This document shows, piece by piece, positions 1 to 13,281 of a DNA stretch of 64,000 bases. Under the pieces are notes generated by a model. That model was given only the letters and a program-made list of their open reading frames with translations, searched no databases and was not told where the DNA came from. Both the position numbers and the translations under genes were made by a program. The stretch spans positions 292,649 to 356,648 of the forward strand of contig NW_003314381.1 of NCBI RefSeq assembly GCF_000143415.4, written 5' to 3'. This DNA comes from Selaginella moellendorffii. Its lineage: Eukaryota; Plantae; Lycopodiophyta. Each line of letters begins with the position of its first letter. The first letter of the stretch is position 1.

Positions 1-860
1 CTTGTATTAATATTCAAACTCGGTCTCGAACTTGATCTTAGAATAGACCTCAAACTCAGTCTCGGACTCAATTTCAGACCTGATCTTGAACTCGGTCTCA
101 AACCCGATCTCGGATCTCGGACTCAGTCTTGCACTTGGTCTCGAACTCTATTTTGGAGTCGGTCTCATACTCGATCTCGAAGTCGATCTTAGACTCGGTC
201 TCGAAGTTGGTCTCGGACTCAATCTCAAACTCGGTCTCATTTGATGAACTCTTTATCATTTCAATTGTGCTTTTAGAGATCCTTTAGCCTATGACACCTC
301 GGGGATTTGTTTCCTTACACCGAGTTGAGGCTGAGTCCAAAATCGAGTCCACGATTGAGTCTAAGATTGAGTCTAACATCAAGTTTGAGATTGAGTTTGA
401 AACTAAGTCCAAAATGGAGGCTAAAATTGGGTTCAAAATTGAGATAGAGGCTGAGACCAAGTCCAAGATTGAGACCAAAACCAAGACCTAAACCCTAAAC
501 CAAGACTGAGTCCAAGTTTGAGTCCAAATCTGGGTTCAAATCCAAGGAAGAAAACCCAAAGAAATTGTCTCTAAGGGATAGTAAAGGGAGGAATTTAGTG
601 GAACTAATATGGCAAGAAAAGACCGATGTAACTAAGGAAAGCAATACTTATATGTTGGGTGATGATATGAACACTAGGGTATCCAAGGTTAGAATGAACA
701 TGGATGGACAAGTAAGGTGATTTAATAAAGTGTTCAAGAGTTTACTTTAGCTCATGAATAGTTAATGCTCCTAATTTAAGTGTGGGTGGCACTACCTACT
801 TGGATACCTTATGTAACTTATCAAAACCTTGCTCTAACCATATAATTGGGGCACCCTAGT
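1..860. mobile_element. Old, C->T-decayed fragments of the family-A LTR (hexamer arrays in both orientations plus degenerate LTR body)
   Basis: 1-245 is a degenerate (GGTCTC/GGACTC)n array. 320-545 is a degenerate (GAGTCC/GAGACC)n array. It is followed by LTR-body matches such as 'tgtgggtggcactacctacttggatacc' (781-808), which is identical in the intact LTRs. Confidence 0.7.
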
Positions 861-924
861 GGCAGAAAGTTTGATGTTTGGCAATTATCTCACATGCAAT
901 GAGGATTTCAAAGAGGAAAATTTC

Positions 925-2078
925 AGACCGGGACCGAGACCGGGACCGAGACCGGGACCAAGACCGAGACCGAGACCGGGACCGAGATCAGGACCGAGAC
1001 CGAGACCGAGGCAGAGGCCAAGACCAAGCCCAAGTCCGAGTCCGAGTCCAAGACCGAGTCCGAGTCTGAGTCTGAGTTCGAGTCTGAGAGGGTGAAAGCC
1101 CAAAGCGTTCGTCTCCCAGACCCTGGAGGGTTTGGTGAGCTCCAAAAGTATAGTAAAGGGGAGGACTGTAGTGGAGCCAATTTGGCCAGGAAAGGCCAGT
1201 TTGGCCTAGGAAGGCCAGACCTGGGTGATGAACTGACCACTGGGAAGTCCAAGACTAGAGTGAATACGGACCGACAAGTAGGGTAGCTTGGTAAAGTATT
1301 CAAGAGCCGGCTCTAGTTCCCCTGGGAGATTGACTGGCCGATGCTCCCAGTCCAAGTGTGGGTGGCACTACCTACTTGGATACCAGGTGTGGCTCAATGG
1401 AACCTCGCTCTAAGCCCATGGCTAGAGCACCCAAAGGCAGAAGGCGGGGAGAGTACCCAAGTGGCTCACGTAAGGCCACGGTGTTCCGAAGTGTTGTCCC
1501 AAAGTCCTAGACTGTGAAAAGGAAAAGGAGTAGACCTTTGGTGTGGTGGCCAAGGATATGGTCACGTGGTGAGGAAGTCCCAGAGGACTATGGGACTTAG
1601 TGGTCAGGCCTGTGGGCCTCGATCCAGTGGCAGTGTTGGCAAACACGGCCAAGGGCAGAAAGGGACTTAGTGGGGACAGATAGAGGGATATTGGGGAAGG
1701 CTGTTCCTCTTGTCAGTGGGCATCCTAAGGATGCTAAGGAGTGGATCTGGGATGACCACTCACGGATGGTTAGCCTAGTCTTGGAGAGACAAAACTGTGT
1801 TGTAAGTGGTATTGGACTACCAGTGCAGCAAAAGTGATTGGGCATGGCCTTAGCGTAACAGGCTGCTATGTTGGTGGTACCTTTGAGTGTCGGTCAAAGG
1901 ATCGGACACGTGGAGCACTTGGACCAGGTGCAAGGGTGGAGTGGCATGGATGCCATTCTTGGGGCTAGCAAGTCCCAAGTCCTGAATTGGACTTATGGAG
2001 GTTGTGAATGAGACTCCTCCAAGTGGTTGGAGGTGTGGTTAAGTGACTAAAGTAGAATGGAAAATTTAGTCGCTTACA
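925..2078 (+). mobile_element. 5'-truncated family-A LTR
   Basis: Starts inside the GAGACC/GAGTCC array and is colinear with the intact LTRs up to the terminus 'aaaatttagtcgcttaca' at 2078. No PBS follows. Confidence 0.85.
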
Positions 2079-4298
2079 GTTGTCTTTCCCACAATATTAT
2101 TTGAAAGAGGACATGTTTAGTAAGTCACTCTTGTTCATAAGGTGGAGCATTAATCTTGTAAAACACTTGTAAATATATTTAAATTATAAAAAATACCCAT
2201 TTTGGGCTACGTTTGTCAGCCTCAAAAGAGATCACCACATTAGCGAGAGAAGTAGTAAGAGATTGCATATATATGGTGTGGTTGTTATTGTGCTTAAACT
2301 CTTACTCATAAGCAACATTGTTTGGTTGGACATTGTTTTGTTGAGTAACTTGGTGTTGGATTAGTTTTGAGTTAGTCAGAAAGAGAGTGGCATAAGCTTG
2401 TCCGTGTTGTGAACAAAAGTTAGTGGTATTGAGTGTTGTAAATATCTATCAGTGGAATGTGGCATTTATGTTGCATTTTGTTGGCACTTGAGTCGAGTTG
2501 GCACTTGATAGTCACATAAACCTTTGAAGTAATGACATAAGTAGTGCTCGTGGTGTTGCTCAATTGATAATCAAGTCATTGTGATTTTTATATCATATCC
2601 ATGTGATAATGAATAATGTGTTTACGAAGTTGCATGGTTAAACAATGATCAACTCGAAAGTGGTTGATGGTAACGCTAGTCTACTTGCATGAAGTAGCAT
2701 TGTAGTAGCTTTGACTGAATTCTTGATAGTAGTTCTTTGAGTTTGCCCATTAAAGTGTTGGAAAAGGGTGGTAGCATTCATTTGCTATATCTCATCAGTT
2801 GATCCATTAGCACTTGGAGTAGATTGTTGGATAGAGAAGGTATGTAGTTGAGGCATTGACGTTGCTAACACTTGTGTTAGTGGAAGTAGCATTGTTATTT
2901 CGAGTGATGAGAAATTTTTCCTTAGAACTTGATTTTCCAAGTCATTTTTCTTATTAGTGTTTTGGCTTCACATTAGATTTTAAAGGTGGTTGAAGAAAAG
3001 TATTAGTGCAATGTGAATATCCAAAAATATGGTTTTTGTAATCAAGCCTTGGATGTTCACTTTGCATTTTGTGGATGTTGGTGTTGGATTTGGAGATATG
3101 GGCAAAAATGTTCAATGTTTAAGTATATTATTAGATATGAGAATTTATGTTGAAGTAAACCTATGTGAAGTAGTAGGTAAGAGGAAGTTGGTTGAGTTTT
3201 GAAAGTTTGCATTCCTAGACTTAGAGTCATTCTTTCGCTAGGATGGAAAATTTTTCCATAAATTTTCTTAAGATTTTCCAATGGCTGATCTATTGATCGC
3301 TTGCCCGAAAACCATTTTGTTTTCGTAAGCCAGTGAAGGGGTTAGAGTTGACTTTGGTTGGCTTAGATCTTAGTAGATAGTTTGTATGATGCAACCCGAA
3401 AGGGATGTTGACTTTTGAGGCTAATGCAATTGAGTTGGATAGAGTCTGAAGTTGGTGTAGAAAATTGGCCATTATGCTTTTCTAAAAAGGGTGACCTTTA
3501 TGCCTTTCTTTTGTAGCATTGTGCTTGATGGTAGATTACACCTTGCATTTCATTAAAGCTCTATGAGAATAGTGAGCTCTCACTAATCTTGACTTGGTCT
3601 TGGTTGTCTTGCACCTTGGCTGAGGATGATGATGTCTAACTTAGTTGTTTGAGGTTGAGATGTTAGTACCTGTACTATAACTTTGTTTATGAGGAAGTTA
3701 TGTACCGATATAAGACCATCTCATGGTCTTCACTTTAGTTTCGACTGAGTGTTGATCATGCATAGCTAACCTCTTCAAGGCATGCTCAAAACTAATGGTT
3801 AAATGCATTAGTGAGTTTATTGCGGTTGAGTTGGATTCGAGGGGTCATTTAATTTATGCTTGTTCATGTTCTTTTATCTCATGTCTAGGATATTATATTC
3901 ATGTTGGACAAGTATATAACTTGATGGCATGAGTTTAGTGTTTGGGTCTTGTGAAGGCAAGTTGAAGAGTGGTTGTTAGTTGTTTTGCAACTAATAATTG
4001 TTTGTAGACTTCATTTAAAGACTATTGACACTTGCTTCACTCGATGAAGATTTATCAGTGATGAGTTTATTTTACCAGATGGTGTTGCGAAGGATGGTGT
4101 TGTTAGACTTACATGGGTTTTCCATGTTGGTATATTGACTTTACCTTTGTTGATATCATTTTTAGTCCATAATGTTGGATTTCATTGAGTTTTGGACGTG
4201 GTGAATCACTCCTTGATGATGTATTATCTGTAATTGAGTATTGTTGGAGGATTGGTCTCGGATACTAATTAAAATATCTTCGACTTTGGCTAGTTTAG

Positions 4299-5276
4299 TG
4301 TAAGTGACTAATTTTTTCCATTCTACTTTAGTCACTTAACCATACCTCCGACCATTTGAAGGAGTCTCATTCACAACCTCCATAAGTCCAATTTAGGACT
4401 TAAGGAACGTTAACCCTGAGAATGGCATCCATGCCACTCAACCTTTGCACTTGGTCTAAGTGTACCACGTGTCTGATCCCATGACCGACACCCCAAGGTA
4501 CCACTGACATATCAGCCCGTTACATTAAGCCATGCCCATTCACCTTGGTCACCTTGGTGGTCCAACACCACATGCATTGCAATCCTGTCTCTCAAAGACT
4601 AGGCCATCCGTCCATAAGTGGTCATCCCAGATCCACTCCTTAGCATCCTTAGAATGCCCGCAGACATGGGGAATAGCCTTCCCCAATATCTCTTTTCTGG
4701 TCCCCACTAAATCCCTTTCTGTCCATAGCCATGTTTGCTAACACTGCCATTAGATCAAAGCCCATAGGCCCAACCACTAAGTCCCACTGTCCTTTGGGAC
4801 TTCCTTACCGTATGACTGTATCCTTGGTCATCACACCAGAGGACTACTCCTATTCCTTTTCACAGTCTGGGCTTTGAGACAATATTTCGGAACACCGTGG
4901 CCCTACGTGGGCCTCATAGATACTCTCCTTGCCTTCTACCTTTGGGTGCTTTAGCCATGGGCTTAGAGCGAGGTTTCGTTGAGCCATACCAGATATCCAA
5001 GTAGGTAGTGCCACCCACACTTGGATTGGAAGCATTAACTATTTGATCTCCCAGGGGAACTAGAGTCGACTCTTGAATATTTCACCAAGCTACTTCACTT
5101 GTCAGTCCATATTCACTCTAGTTTTGGACTTCCCAGTGGTCAGCTCATCACCTAACACCTGAGTACAGCCTTTCTAGGCCAAATTGGCTCCACTAGGCTC
5201 CAACCCCCACACTCTCCTTACTATACTTTTGGAACCCCTTACATCCACTTTGGGGCTTAGGGATTTGTGTCTCACA
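4299..5276 (-). mobile_element. Solo LTR of family A, short (978 bp) variant with no tandem-repeat block
   Basis: Termini TGTAAGTGACT...GTGTCTCACA. Flanks TTTAG (4294-4298) and CTTAG (5277-5281) form a 4/5 TSD match. No PBS or PPT is adjacent. Confidence 0.8.
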
Positions 5277-7359
5277 CTTAGTTGCTAAAGAGTTTTGGGT
5301 GGCAATTCACTCTTGCTTTCTTTTAATTTTGTTTTAGTGTTGATGGCATTAAAGTGATGCTTTCTCATTAACATTATTTATATTGAGATTTGAGTAAAAT
5401 GAGATGTCTTTCTATAAGATTAATATTGAGTTTCATTAGTCTCGATAAAGATAGTGTTGATTATTTTGCTATGGCTTTGTGTTATTAGCATTCATGCATT
5501 TGCTAGTTAGCAACTATGTTGGCGTTCAAACGAGCTGAGTGGCAAGTTTGAATTAGTTACATTCTAGACGAGATTATTTAGTAGGGGTTGAGTTTTGGCT
5601 TTTCCTTGAAAAGTGATTTAGTCATGGACTATGCTAGCTTTACGAGACAAAGAGTTAATAATTAATATTGAAATGTTTAAATCCTTATTGGATTTGAGTT
5701 AGAATATATTGAACATTGATGATTCTTCTTATGCTTGTTATGAAGTGAGTTACATTTTACTATAAATAGATTCATAAAGGATTGTTTAGTGATCACTTGT
5801 TAAGCATAGTTCTATTGTGCTTGGTTTTTGGATTGATGTAGATATGCTTTTCATTAGCTTTGGCACTATAGAGTTATTTTATGGATGTGTTGAGGAGGAT
5901 GTTATGGGTTGTACTATGAGTTCTTCTTTCACATTGAAATTAGTTTATGCAAGACTTGGTTATAAACTTCTTCGAGCTTTTGGTTCTTTGAGTTTTATGC
6001 TCATTATTCCATTTATTAAGAGTTGTTGGGGAAGGCATTTTGACTTGTTAGCTTCAATATTGAAATTAATATTTGCATTTAGCAATCATTGGTGATGATT
6101 GACTATCATCTAGGATAGTTGATTATCCTTGTCAGGTGTTGCTTGATTATTGTTGATTTAGAATAATTTGCCGTCCTTTAGGATGGTGAATTCTTTATTC
6201 AATGATGATTATGCATATCTCTTTTTGATAGGATGATTGAAGATCTTTCATGATAGTTAGTTGTTCTTTTTGATAGCTTTTGGCTTTTCGCAATACCACA
6301 TATTCTTTTTGATTTGCTCTGGATTGGTCTATTGGGTTTGAGACATTAGTAGAATGTTGCTAACACTTGTTTAAACAACTATAATTCCTTGGTATTATTG
6401 ACCGGGATCTATTCAAATTGGCTAGTGTGATAGTTAATATGAATGAATGTTTGTTGGTCTTTCCACATTCATTCTGTTCTGTTGATTATTGTTCAAGTTA
6501 GTTTTGATAGATTGGAATGTTATTTCCTTTGGGTGATACATTCATGAGCATTTTGCTTGCTAGTTAATGATACTTTATGATCTTTGAGTTATCCTTTATA
6601 AGTTGTTTGGCATACTATCTGCAATATTTGATAGTTATGTTTTGTCATTAAGTATCCTTGATAATACACTAGCTATTGAATTTTGTTGGATGATGAATCC
6701 TATATTTGCAAAAATGATGATTTTGGTGGTTCCTATACTCTAATACTGGTTTATCGGATGATAACTTACTTGGAATACTTTTGTGTTCTAATATAAGATT
6801 TATTCACTGATAATTAAGTCTCTAAGATATCATTGTCTTTGACTTTGATATTATCCATCTATTAATCTTTGGGTTTGGGCTAGTATAAGCAGACTAGCTT
6901 TAACACTTCGTGTGCATGGTGAAATCTTTAATCATGGGGTAGCTACTATAGACTGGTCATATTACCTGCCTCTCTATCGATGTTCCTTATTCCGTTAAAA
7001 GGGTGTGACCATGTAAACAACTCTAACTACCTATTTACAGTAGTTTATTTAAACTTTACTGACATGTTTGGTTTCTTTTGGAGCTTCTGGCTTCTCTCTC
7101 TATGTCCCTACAAGCAAAAGCGTACCACACTTTTGTAAGCTGGGTGACACCTAGAGCAGCAAAGGTGGCTAACTTCGTTAGTCATTCCTTTGTCGGTGAC
7201 AGTCGGAAGGTGTCTAAGTTGGTAGCACATCCACATTAGACAAAGAGGTTACCCTAACTCATTTAAGTTGGTGCATTTCTCATATAATGTGATCACTATG
7301 AAAGTTGTTTCCTTGCCGGTGGTCTAAACTCGAGTATGCATTGACAAGAATGTCAATCT

Positions 7360-7860
7360 TCCCTAAGGGGGGAGAGTGTCGTGAATGTGATTTCGGGTAT
7401 CGAAAGTTACCTGTCAGCTAGTCCTTGCGGACACTCTTTCTTTACTACCATAATGGCAGAAGGTCGATATTGCTAGAACCTTTATCAGTCCCTCTTGTGC
7501 TAGTGGAGTTAACTAGGCATTTCAAGTGTATTTAGACCAAACGAGCATAAAGATAGAATTCCTATGTGTTATTAGTTAAGCATATTTAGCCCGGTAAGGA
7601 GTTCCCATCTCGTTATATCTTACATTAGCTAATGACAAGAACTCTCGTATATTGAAATTAGTCCCTCAATATTGTCGGATGATAGCTTACCGTGTCTGCT
7701 AAATACCCTTGCTATCATGCCCTTTGTGTTAATTTCATTTTAGTCCCAAATGCTATTTATAAAAAGTGTTTAGATTTGTTCATTTGGCATAACTACAAAA
7801 TGTAGAGATTGTTCTAAACACAATGGTGTTCGTCCCGTGTCCAAATTTGCAATCTAGAGA
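7360..7860 (+). mobile_element. Possible PPT and start of an unrelated LTR (remnant)
   Basis: Purine tract AAGGGGGGAGAG directly before TGT at 7377. The right boundary is not defined. Confidence 0.3.
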
Positions 7861-7887
7861 TATTATATATTTAGTAAGTTTCAAACT

Positions 7888-8540
7888 TGTCCCAGAGACT
7901 AACTCTTGGTACTAAGGGAGGCTTGGGGTGAAAGCCCAAAGCATATGTTCCTTAGGGGGGGGGGGATATAGGGGGGTTCCAAATGTATAGTAGGGATAGT
8001 GGGTAAGTCAGGCATGGTTGACTAACCTAAGGCATAGTTTAGCTCTTGCTTGCATGCCTATCTTTGTTCTACGTTCGGCTTGGGTCTAAACTCAAGTTCC
8101 ATTCCATGCTAGTTAGTGGAGTACTCATATCCTCACATTAGGCCATTGGTATGCTGAAATAACACTAAATTCCATTTGGCTCTGTTTTTGCTGGTCCTAG
8201 CATTGGGATACTGGACACTCTAGGATTGTTCCAAGTTGCTCTATGCTCCTGTCCCTTTGCTCCTCAAGCTATATGCTTGGGAATTGTTCCATGCTCTAGT
8301 GCTATTGCTCTTTATCTCCATGCTTGGGAGTTCGGCTCTGTTCTTTTGTTCAGTGGCCTAAGGCTCTGAAACTCAAGTTGTCCTATAGACACGTGGCATG
8401 TAGCGTGGCATGTGACATGGCACATGGAGGGTTTAAATTCCGCTTCATGGTTATCCTATGGTAAAACACCATAGGATAAAGGGTTAAAACCATGTGCACT
8501 ACACCTTTGCACCTAACTTCATTGATAAGGAAGCCTTGAA
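7888..8540 (+). mobile_element. Degenerate LTR-like remnant related to family A
   Basis: Shares 'gggtgaaagcccaaagc' and a 'ccaaa(t)gtatagtaggg'-like motif with family-A LTRs. 7990-8380 recurs, diverged, at ~17388-17737. Confidence 0.4.
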
Positions 8541-8599
8541 CCTAGTCAACCCAAGCCAATAAGAGATAATTAATTTCACAAAAATGGAGCAATGGCTTA

Positions 8600-9800
8600 C
8601 TTAATTTTACATGATTTGCTAAACTTGAAATGGACCAATTCACTTGCCACACCACTATGAAAGATAATTTTACCCCATTATCTACCACAAACAACACAAA
8701 CCCTATACCCAAATTATCCAAAGTTTGCAATGGTCTCTTTTAAATCCAAACTTGCATCTATAGACATATTGCAATTGCAAGCTTGCAAAGTCTATTTACT
8801 TGCTTTAGATACCATGATCAAGGCTTGGACTCTCCATAAATTTTATAACTTAAGCAATTGCCCTATATAATCAAAACTCTATAAGCAAAGGAATCAATCT
8901 CTTGCAATCCATCTTTCATGGTCCATATCCATTTACATAAAAAGTACTAAAGCAAACCAAATGTTGCCAGCAAAATTCTATAAATTTCAGACTATATATT
9001 CTAAATTATAATCAAAATAATCTCATATGTAATACTAGACATTGCCCAGCATGGTTGGCAAAGTTTATTTGATTCACATATTATCAATAATCTCTTACTG
9101 GATCTCTAGGGCAACATCCAAATCCACATAGCTTTTCTAGCACTAATTGTGACATTTAGGATCTGCATAAAGCAAATATAAAGCTTGGAGGAAATGCCTT
9201 TTGAAACTATAAAACATGTCATGATATCCTCACAACCTAGATTCTCACCATTTACAGCACCTCACTATTGTCTATACCAAGCAACTTGCATATAAGGGGC
9301 AAACTTTGCCCTAATATCCTTCCAGTTCAAAGCTATAAGATGACTAATGACTTTTATAATTAATTATATGTTCACATCTTGATAAATTACAAATTGGACA
9401 CTGAGTTTGAACTAGAGCAAGTAAACTAAAGATTATGAAGAGTTGAAAGCACATATATGCTCAGGAATCCTTCTCTTGCCATGGAGTGCTGATATTAAGC
9501 TTAAGAACCTGTGTCATAGCAGCTTGACTTGAGGCAATAAGTAGAAAACATAATGTGGTTATTCACAGAGGCAATTGGCAAAAGCAAGTGCAATAGCAAC
9601 ATGCCCAGCTCACTTAAGACTGGACAATATTTTAGCTAGAGCTAACAATCTTGTTTACTGTCCCACTACCATGAAATTCCTAATTCAAACATTGACCTTA
9701 AGTTCATATGAAGATTGACATGTGCATTTGGAATACGATCACCAACTTTGTTTAGCACTCTTCACAAGCCAACACCTTAATGCATATTTGTATGGTTGAA
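8600..9800 (-). pseudogene. Possible relic of a CACTA/En-Spm (Tnp2-like) transposase
   Basis: Hand-translated minus-strand fragments CPICNLSR...WKDIRAKF...QPCW...NLWRV...GYRVCVVC follow the order of Tnp2 motifs. There are many stops and frameshifts. A partial second copy lies at ~17750-18430. Confidence 0.3.
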
Positions 9801-10310
9801 ATTAAACTTTTAATTCACAACTTTCCTTGCAAATCCATGAAGCACTATCAATCTTGCATGAATCCCAACCTTCACTCCAAGCCATTGAGAATTGAAGGAG
9901 TGGCCCTACTTAGTGGAAGTGGAATTGAGATTGAGGAAGCAAAAAGTGGCATTTTGATTCTTAGCATATCACATGTGTTAAATTTCTCAGAACACAACAA
10001 TCATTGGCCAAAACAAAACAACCTCAAAATATTTCAATAAGACATAGTTAAAGAAATAGCTTTTTGACAAATACCCCCCCATCCAACAGCTGCCATTTGG
10101 ATCTAATGGCCTAAAAAGTTGGGCAACTCATCTCTCTTTAGTGCCAGAAGTATTTATTAGTTAAACTAACTACATCATATTAATTTGGTTTGCTTAAGCA
10201 AATCAGTGAGTGAGTGGATATACATAAAATATGTTTATAATTTAGAAATTTTCCTAAACACTTCTTAGTATATTCTAGATTATTCTACCATCAAATGGGA
10301 TTAATCTTGT

Positions 10311-10363
10311 GTTTATAAATTATAAACATGTTTATAATTATAAACATGTTTATAATTATAAAC
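10311..10363. repeat. AT-rich tandem palindromes (TTATAAACATGTTTATAA)
   Basis: The self-complementary unit is repeated in tandem. Related motifs recur at 18850-19240. Confidence 0.7.
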
Positions 10364-10388
10364 TTCCATTAAGATCAATAAATTATTA

Positions 10389-11212
10389 TTAAAATCTATA
10401 TTTCATATTGTACAAGAAAAGAAATAGGGATTGTATGATAAAACGTCTAGAATCCTTATCAAACAATGCATCTGAACGGTCAGCACAGAGAAACTTTTTG
10501 GAATGGAATTTCTTCACCTTAGTGATAAATGTAGGCTTTTTACCTTCTTTGATGCAATCAGCCAAAGTTTTTCTCATGCTGATGAGATAAAACCAGTGGT
10601 ACAGGTCCCAGGTCATAGAGCTCATGTAGCCTTTCATTTGTATTGCAGCTATGGATTCTGCCACGAGTTGAGCTTGAGGATTATGACTTCTGAGTTGAAG
10701 ATGATCAGAGGTTTTGTCTTCAGTAGCTACCGTGATCACTTCATCTTCCACACACGAATCTGAACTTACTTCCTTTTGGCCGTCTAACATCTGCAGTGGA
10801 ATGGTGACTCTAGTCCTTATAGAGGAACCATTCCTGTCATAATCTAAGAACTCCAACAACCTCCCACCTCGATGGCACAAGACTCATGTCTCTGGTGAGC
10901 TCTAGTGGCAGAGATGATGTCCTTCACAAGTAATTCTACAACACGAGACCTAAATGAGATCTCTGCAGTAGATAAGCTCAGATAAACGTCTAAAAGATCC
11001 AGATCTAAAAACTCTTGAACTTCCTCTGCAACGACGGTGCATGGTGGTTCACCAAAGAATTCCTCGAAGGACCTAACTTCTGTGATCTCGAATTTAAAGA
11101 AACCCACTTCCCTGTCGACCCAAGAAGATCCCACTCCCTTGCCCTTGCCTGACTCTTTCCTTTTCCTCATAGGGTTCCTTTTAGGGTTTGAGCAAATTTC
11201 TTTTATAGGCAC
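10389..11212 (-). pseudogene. Frameshifted copy of the PD-(D/E)xK-like nuclease-fold gene
   Basis: Two overlapping ORFs (10844-11212 and 10389-10880) match the intact 346-aa ORF at 55412-56452. There is a 4-bp deletion near 10862 and a further deletion near 10595. Confidence 0.85.
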
Positions 11213-11373
11213 AATCCACTCCAGTAATCTGAACTCCTTTTGCCGAGGTACGGTGTTTCGCCCAGTTCCTCGAGTCTGTCAGTGGTCTGTCACTAGCGAA
11301 GATGGAGTTCTTTTTGCTAGGAACTCATTGTGCTGGTGAACTTGTCTGATCGAGGGGAACTGAACTCCCTTCA

Positions 11374-12440
11374 TTGCTGCAGCGGGACATCGTTTCCTTG
11401 GTTTACGTCCCAGCGAGGGATTCTCAATCGAATGCCGTGTGGGATATTCTCACCTGGACACTTGCCCACTCAGGGTGTAGCGCGCCAGATGCTTGTTTGG
11501 CGGAAACAACCAACTCAGAAATCTCTGAGCACTCTTTGGCCGGCAAGGTTTCTTCCGCGATGGATATCTTTCAAAAATTGTTGGAGTTTCTTGATTACCT
11601 CTATAGGGAATTTGGCGTTAATGCCCGTGGCTCAGAACATCTGATTTGACAATGATAAAAGTTTTTAGAATACTCTTCACAGATGACTCCTTTGCTATGA
11701 TCATGCAAAAGTATCCGGCTTGGACCATCTTCTATAAATCTTTTCTTTTGAGTGTTTTCCAGGTACATAAACTCAGGTTTATGTGAGAGTGCGACAATGT
11801 GATCCAAACTTCTTGATCAAGAAAAGCAGTGGAAGGCTGTGATCGATCATCCGTAGGGATTGCTGTGCGTAGCAATGGAGTTGTGACGAAAAGCACGCTG
11901 GAAAGTAAACCAAGCTTCGGAAGGGACACAAGTTATCCGGAAAGCACTATTTTGCTCATCTTTCCAGAGGGGACTTGCAAGAACAAGGAGGACATTGTGA
12001 TGTTCAAGCAGGTTCATGATTTCTCCAGGCAGTTCTTATTTCCTTGCGCTCGATTTTGCAGATTGTATTCGAACTGGATTTCACTGTCTGCCCCGTTGCT
12101 ATCAAAGTAAAACAAAATAATTGTCCACGCTAAGTTTATACTTTTCATCTCGATTGACTTTCAGTTTTTTTTTTTCGTTTAGCTGAAGCTGATGTCGTCC
12201 TGGGTAGTCGTTTGCGATGTCTGGTATGTGGAGCCACAAATAAACGATGCACCAATAGGATTCTCGGAGAAGTATGTAAAGAGCATTCTTCTTCGACATA
12301 TATTTAAATTTATATCCTTTCAGAGTTTGCGATAGCGAAACGAGCTGAAGTTACGAAAGTCGCTTGAAATACTACGTCCAAGCTCGAAACTTACAGAAGA
12401 AGAAGAACAGCTCATCGTGGTGCCATTGGAAAATGTAAGA
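11374..12440 (+). pseudogene. GPAT9: Glycerol-3-phosphate acyltransferase 9-like pseudogene, copy 1
   Basis: Exon remnants translate to QMT.FAMIMQKYPAW, LLIFPEGTCKNKEDIVMFKQ (FPEGTC at 11961), FELDFTVCPVAIK and LKLMSSWVVVCDVWYVEPQ. These match the plant GPAT9 motifs LLIFPEGTCVNN..VMFKK / FELDCTVCPIAIK / LMTSWAVVCEVWYLEPQ. Short GT-AG introns, stops and frameshifts are present. Confidence 0.8.
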
Positions 12441-13281
12441 TTCTTGCTTTGTTTTCTCTAAATTTTGCGTGAAAGCCTGTAGCCTACGCGTTTTTCCTCC
12501 ACGGGCCAGAAACTCCCCTAGATAATGCTAAGAAGATTAAGAACAAAGACAAATTCATGGAATGATCGACGTGGTTTTTTTTTCTTGCTTTTGTTTTTGT
12601 TTCGAAGAAAGCCAATGCCGAATAAAAAATCTCCGCTCCTCTCATGTGCAATAATGGGCCGGCTTGGACCAGATGAGAAATGAAGGCGACGAAGAACCGA
12701 ATCCTTTCTTTTGACCAAAAATCCGCACGCGCTTGCGACGTTTGTGTGTTTATTCTTCGTAGCGAGACATGAGTCAAGGACCGTTTGATACTGGGAATCG
12801 AAATGGTGACGGCCTTGGCCACTGTGTCCCAAACTCTTCGTACAACGCGCAAGAATGCCACCGTACCGCCTTGCTATGGCGCTTGTATTGTTTTTGTTCC
12901 TGACGTGACATGGTTTGGTGAGTAGATGCCAGACGTACTTGCCACGTGGCCCTATGTCCAGTCATACGGCCCGCCCGGCATTATGGCTTCCCAGGCAATC
13001 TGATCCTGTCACCAAAAAGTTGAGTCTGGGACATTAGGTGGCAAGCGGCGTCAATTCTGCCGTGTGCTAACGGAGGAGCTCGTCGTCGCCACTACGGCTA
13101 GAGGCGACTAAAGGTAGGGCGATGATCGATCGATCGATCTTTCTGTGACCGAAATATTGAGACGAAAATTTCAAGAAGGAGACTATCCTTCGTTACTATA
13201 CCTTTATTCTAAAAAGAATAAAGAGAACAGGTTATTTCTAGGCCGCAAAGAAATTCTAGCATAAGGACAGGAACCACATCA

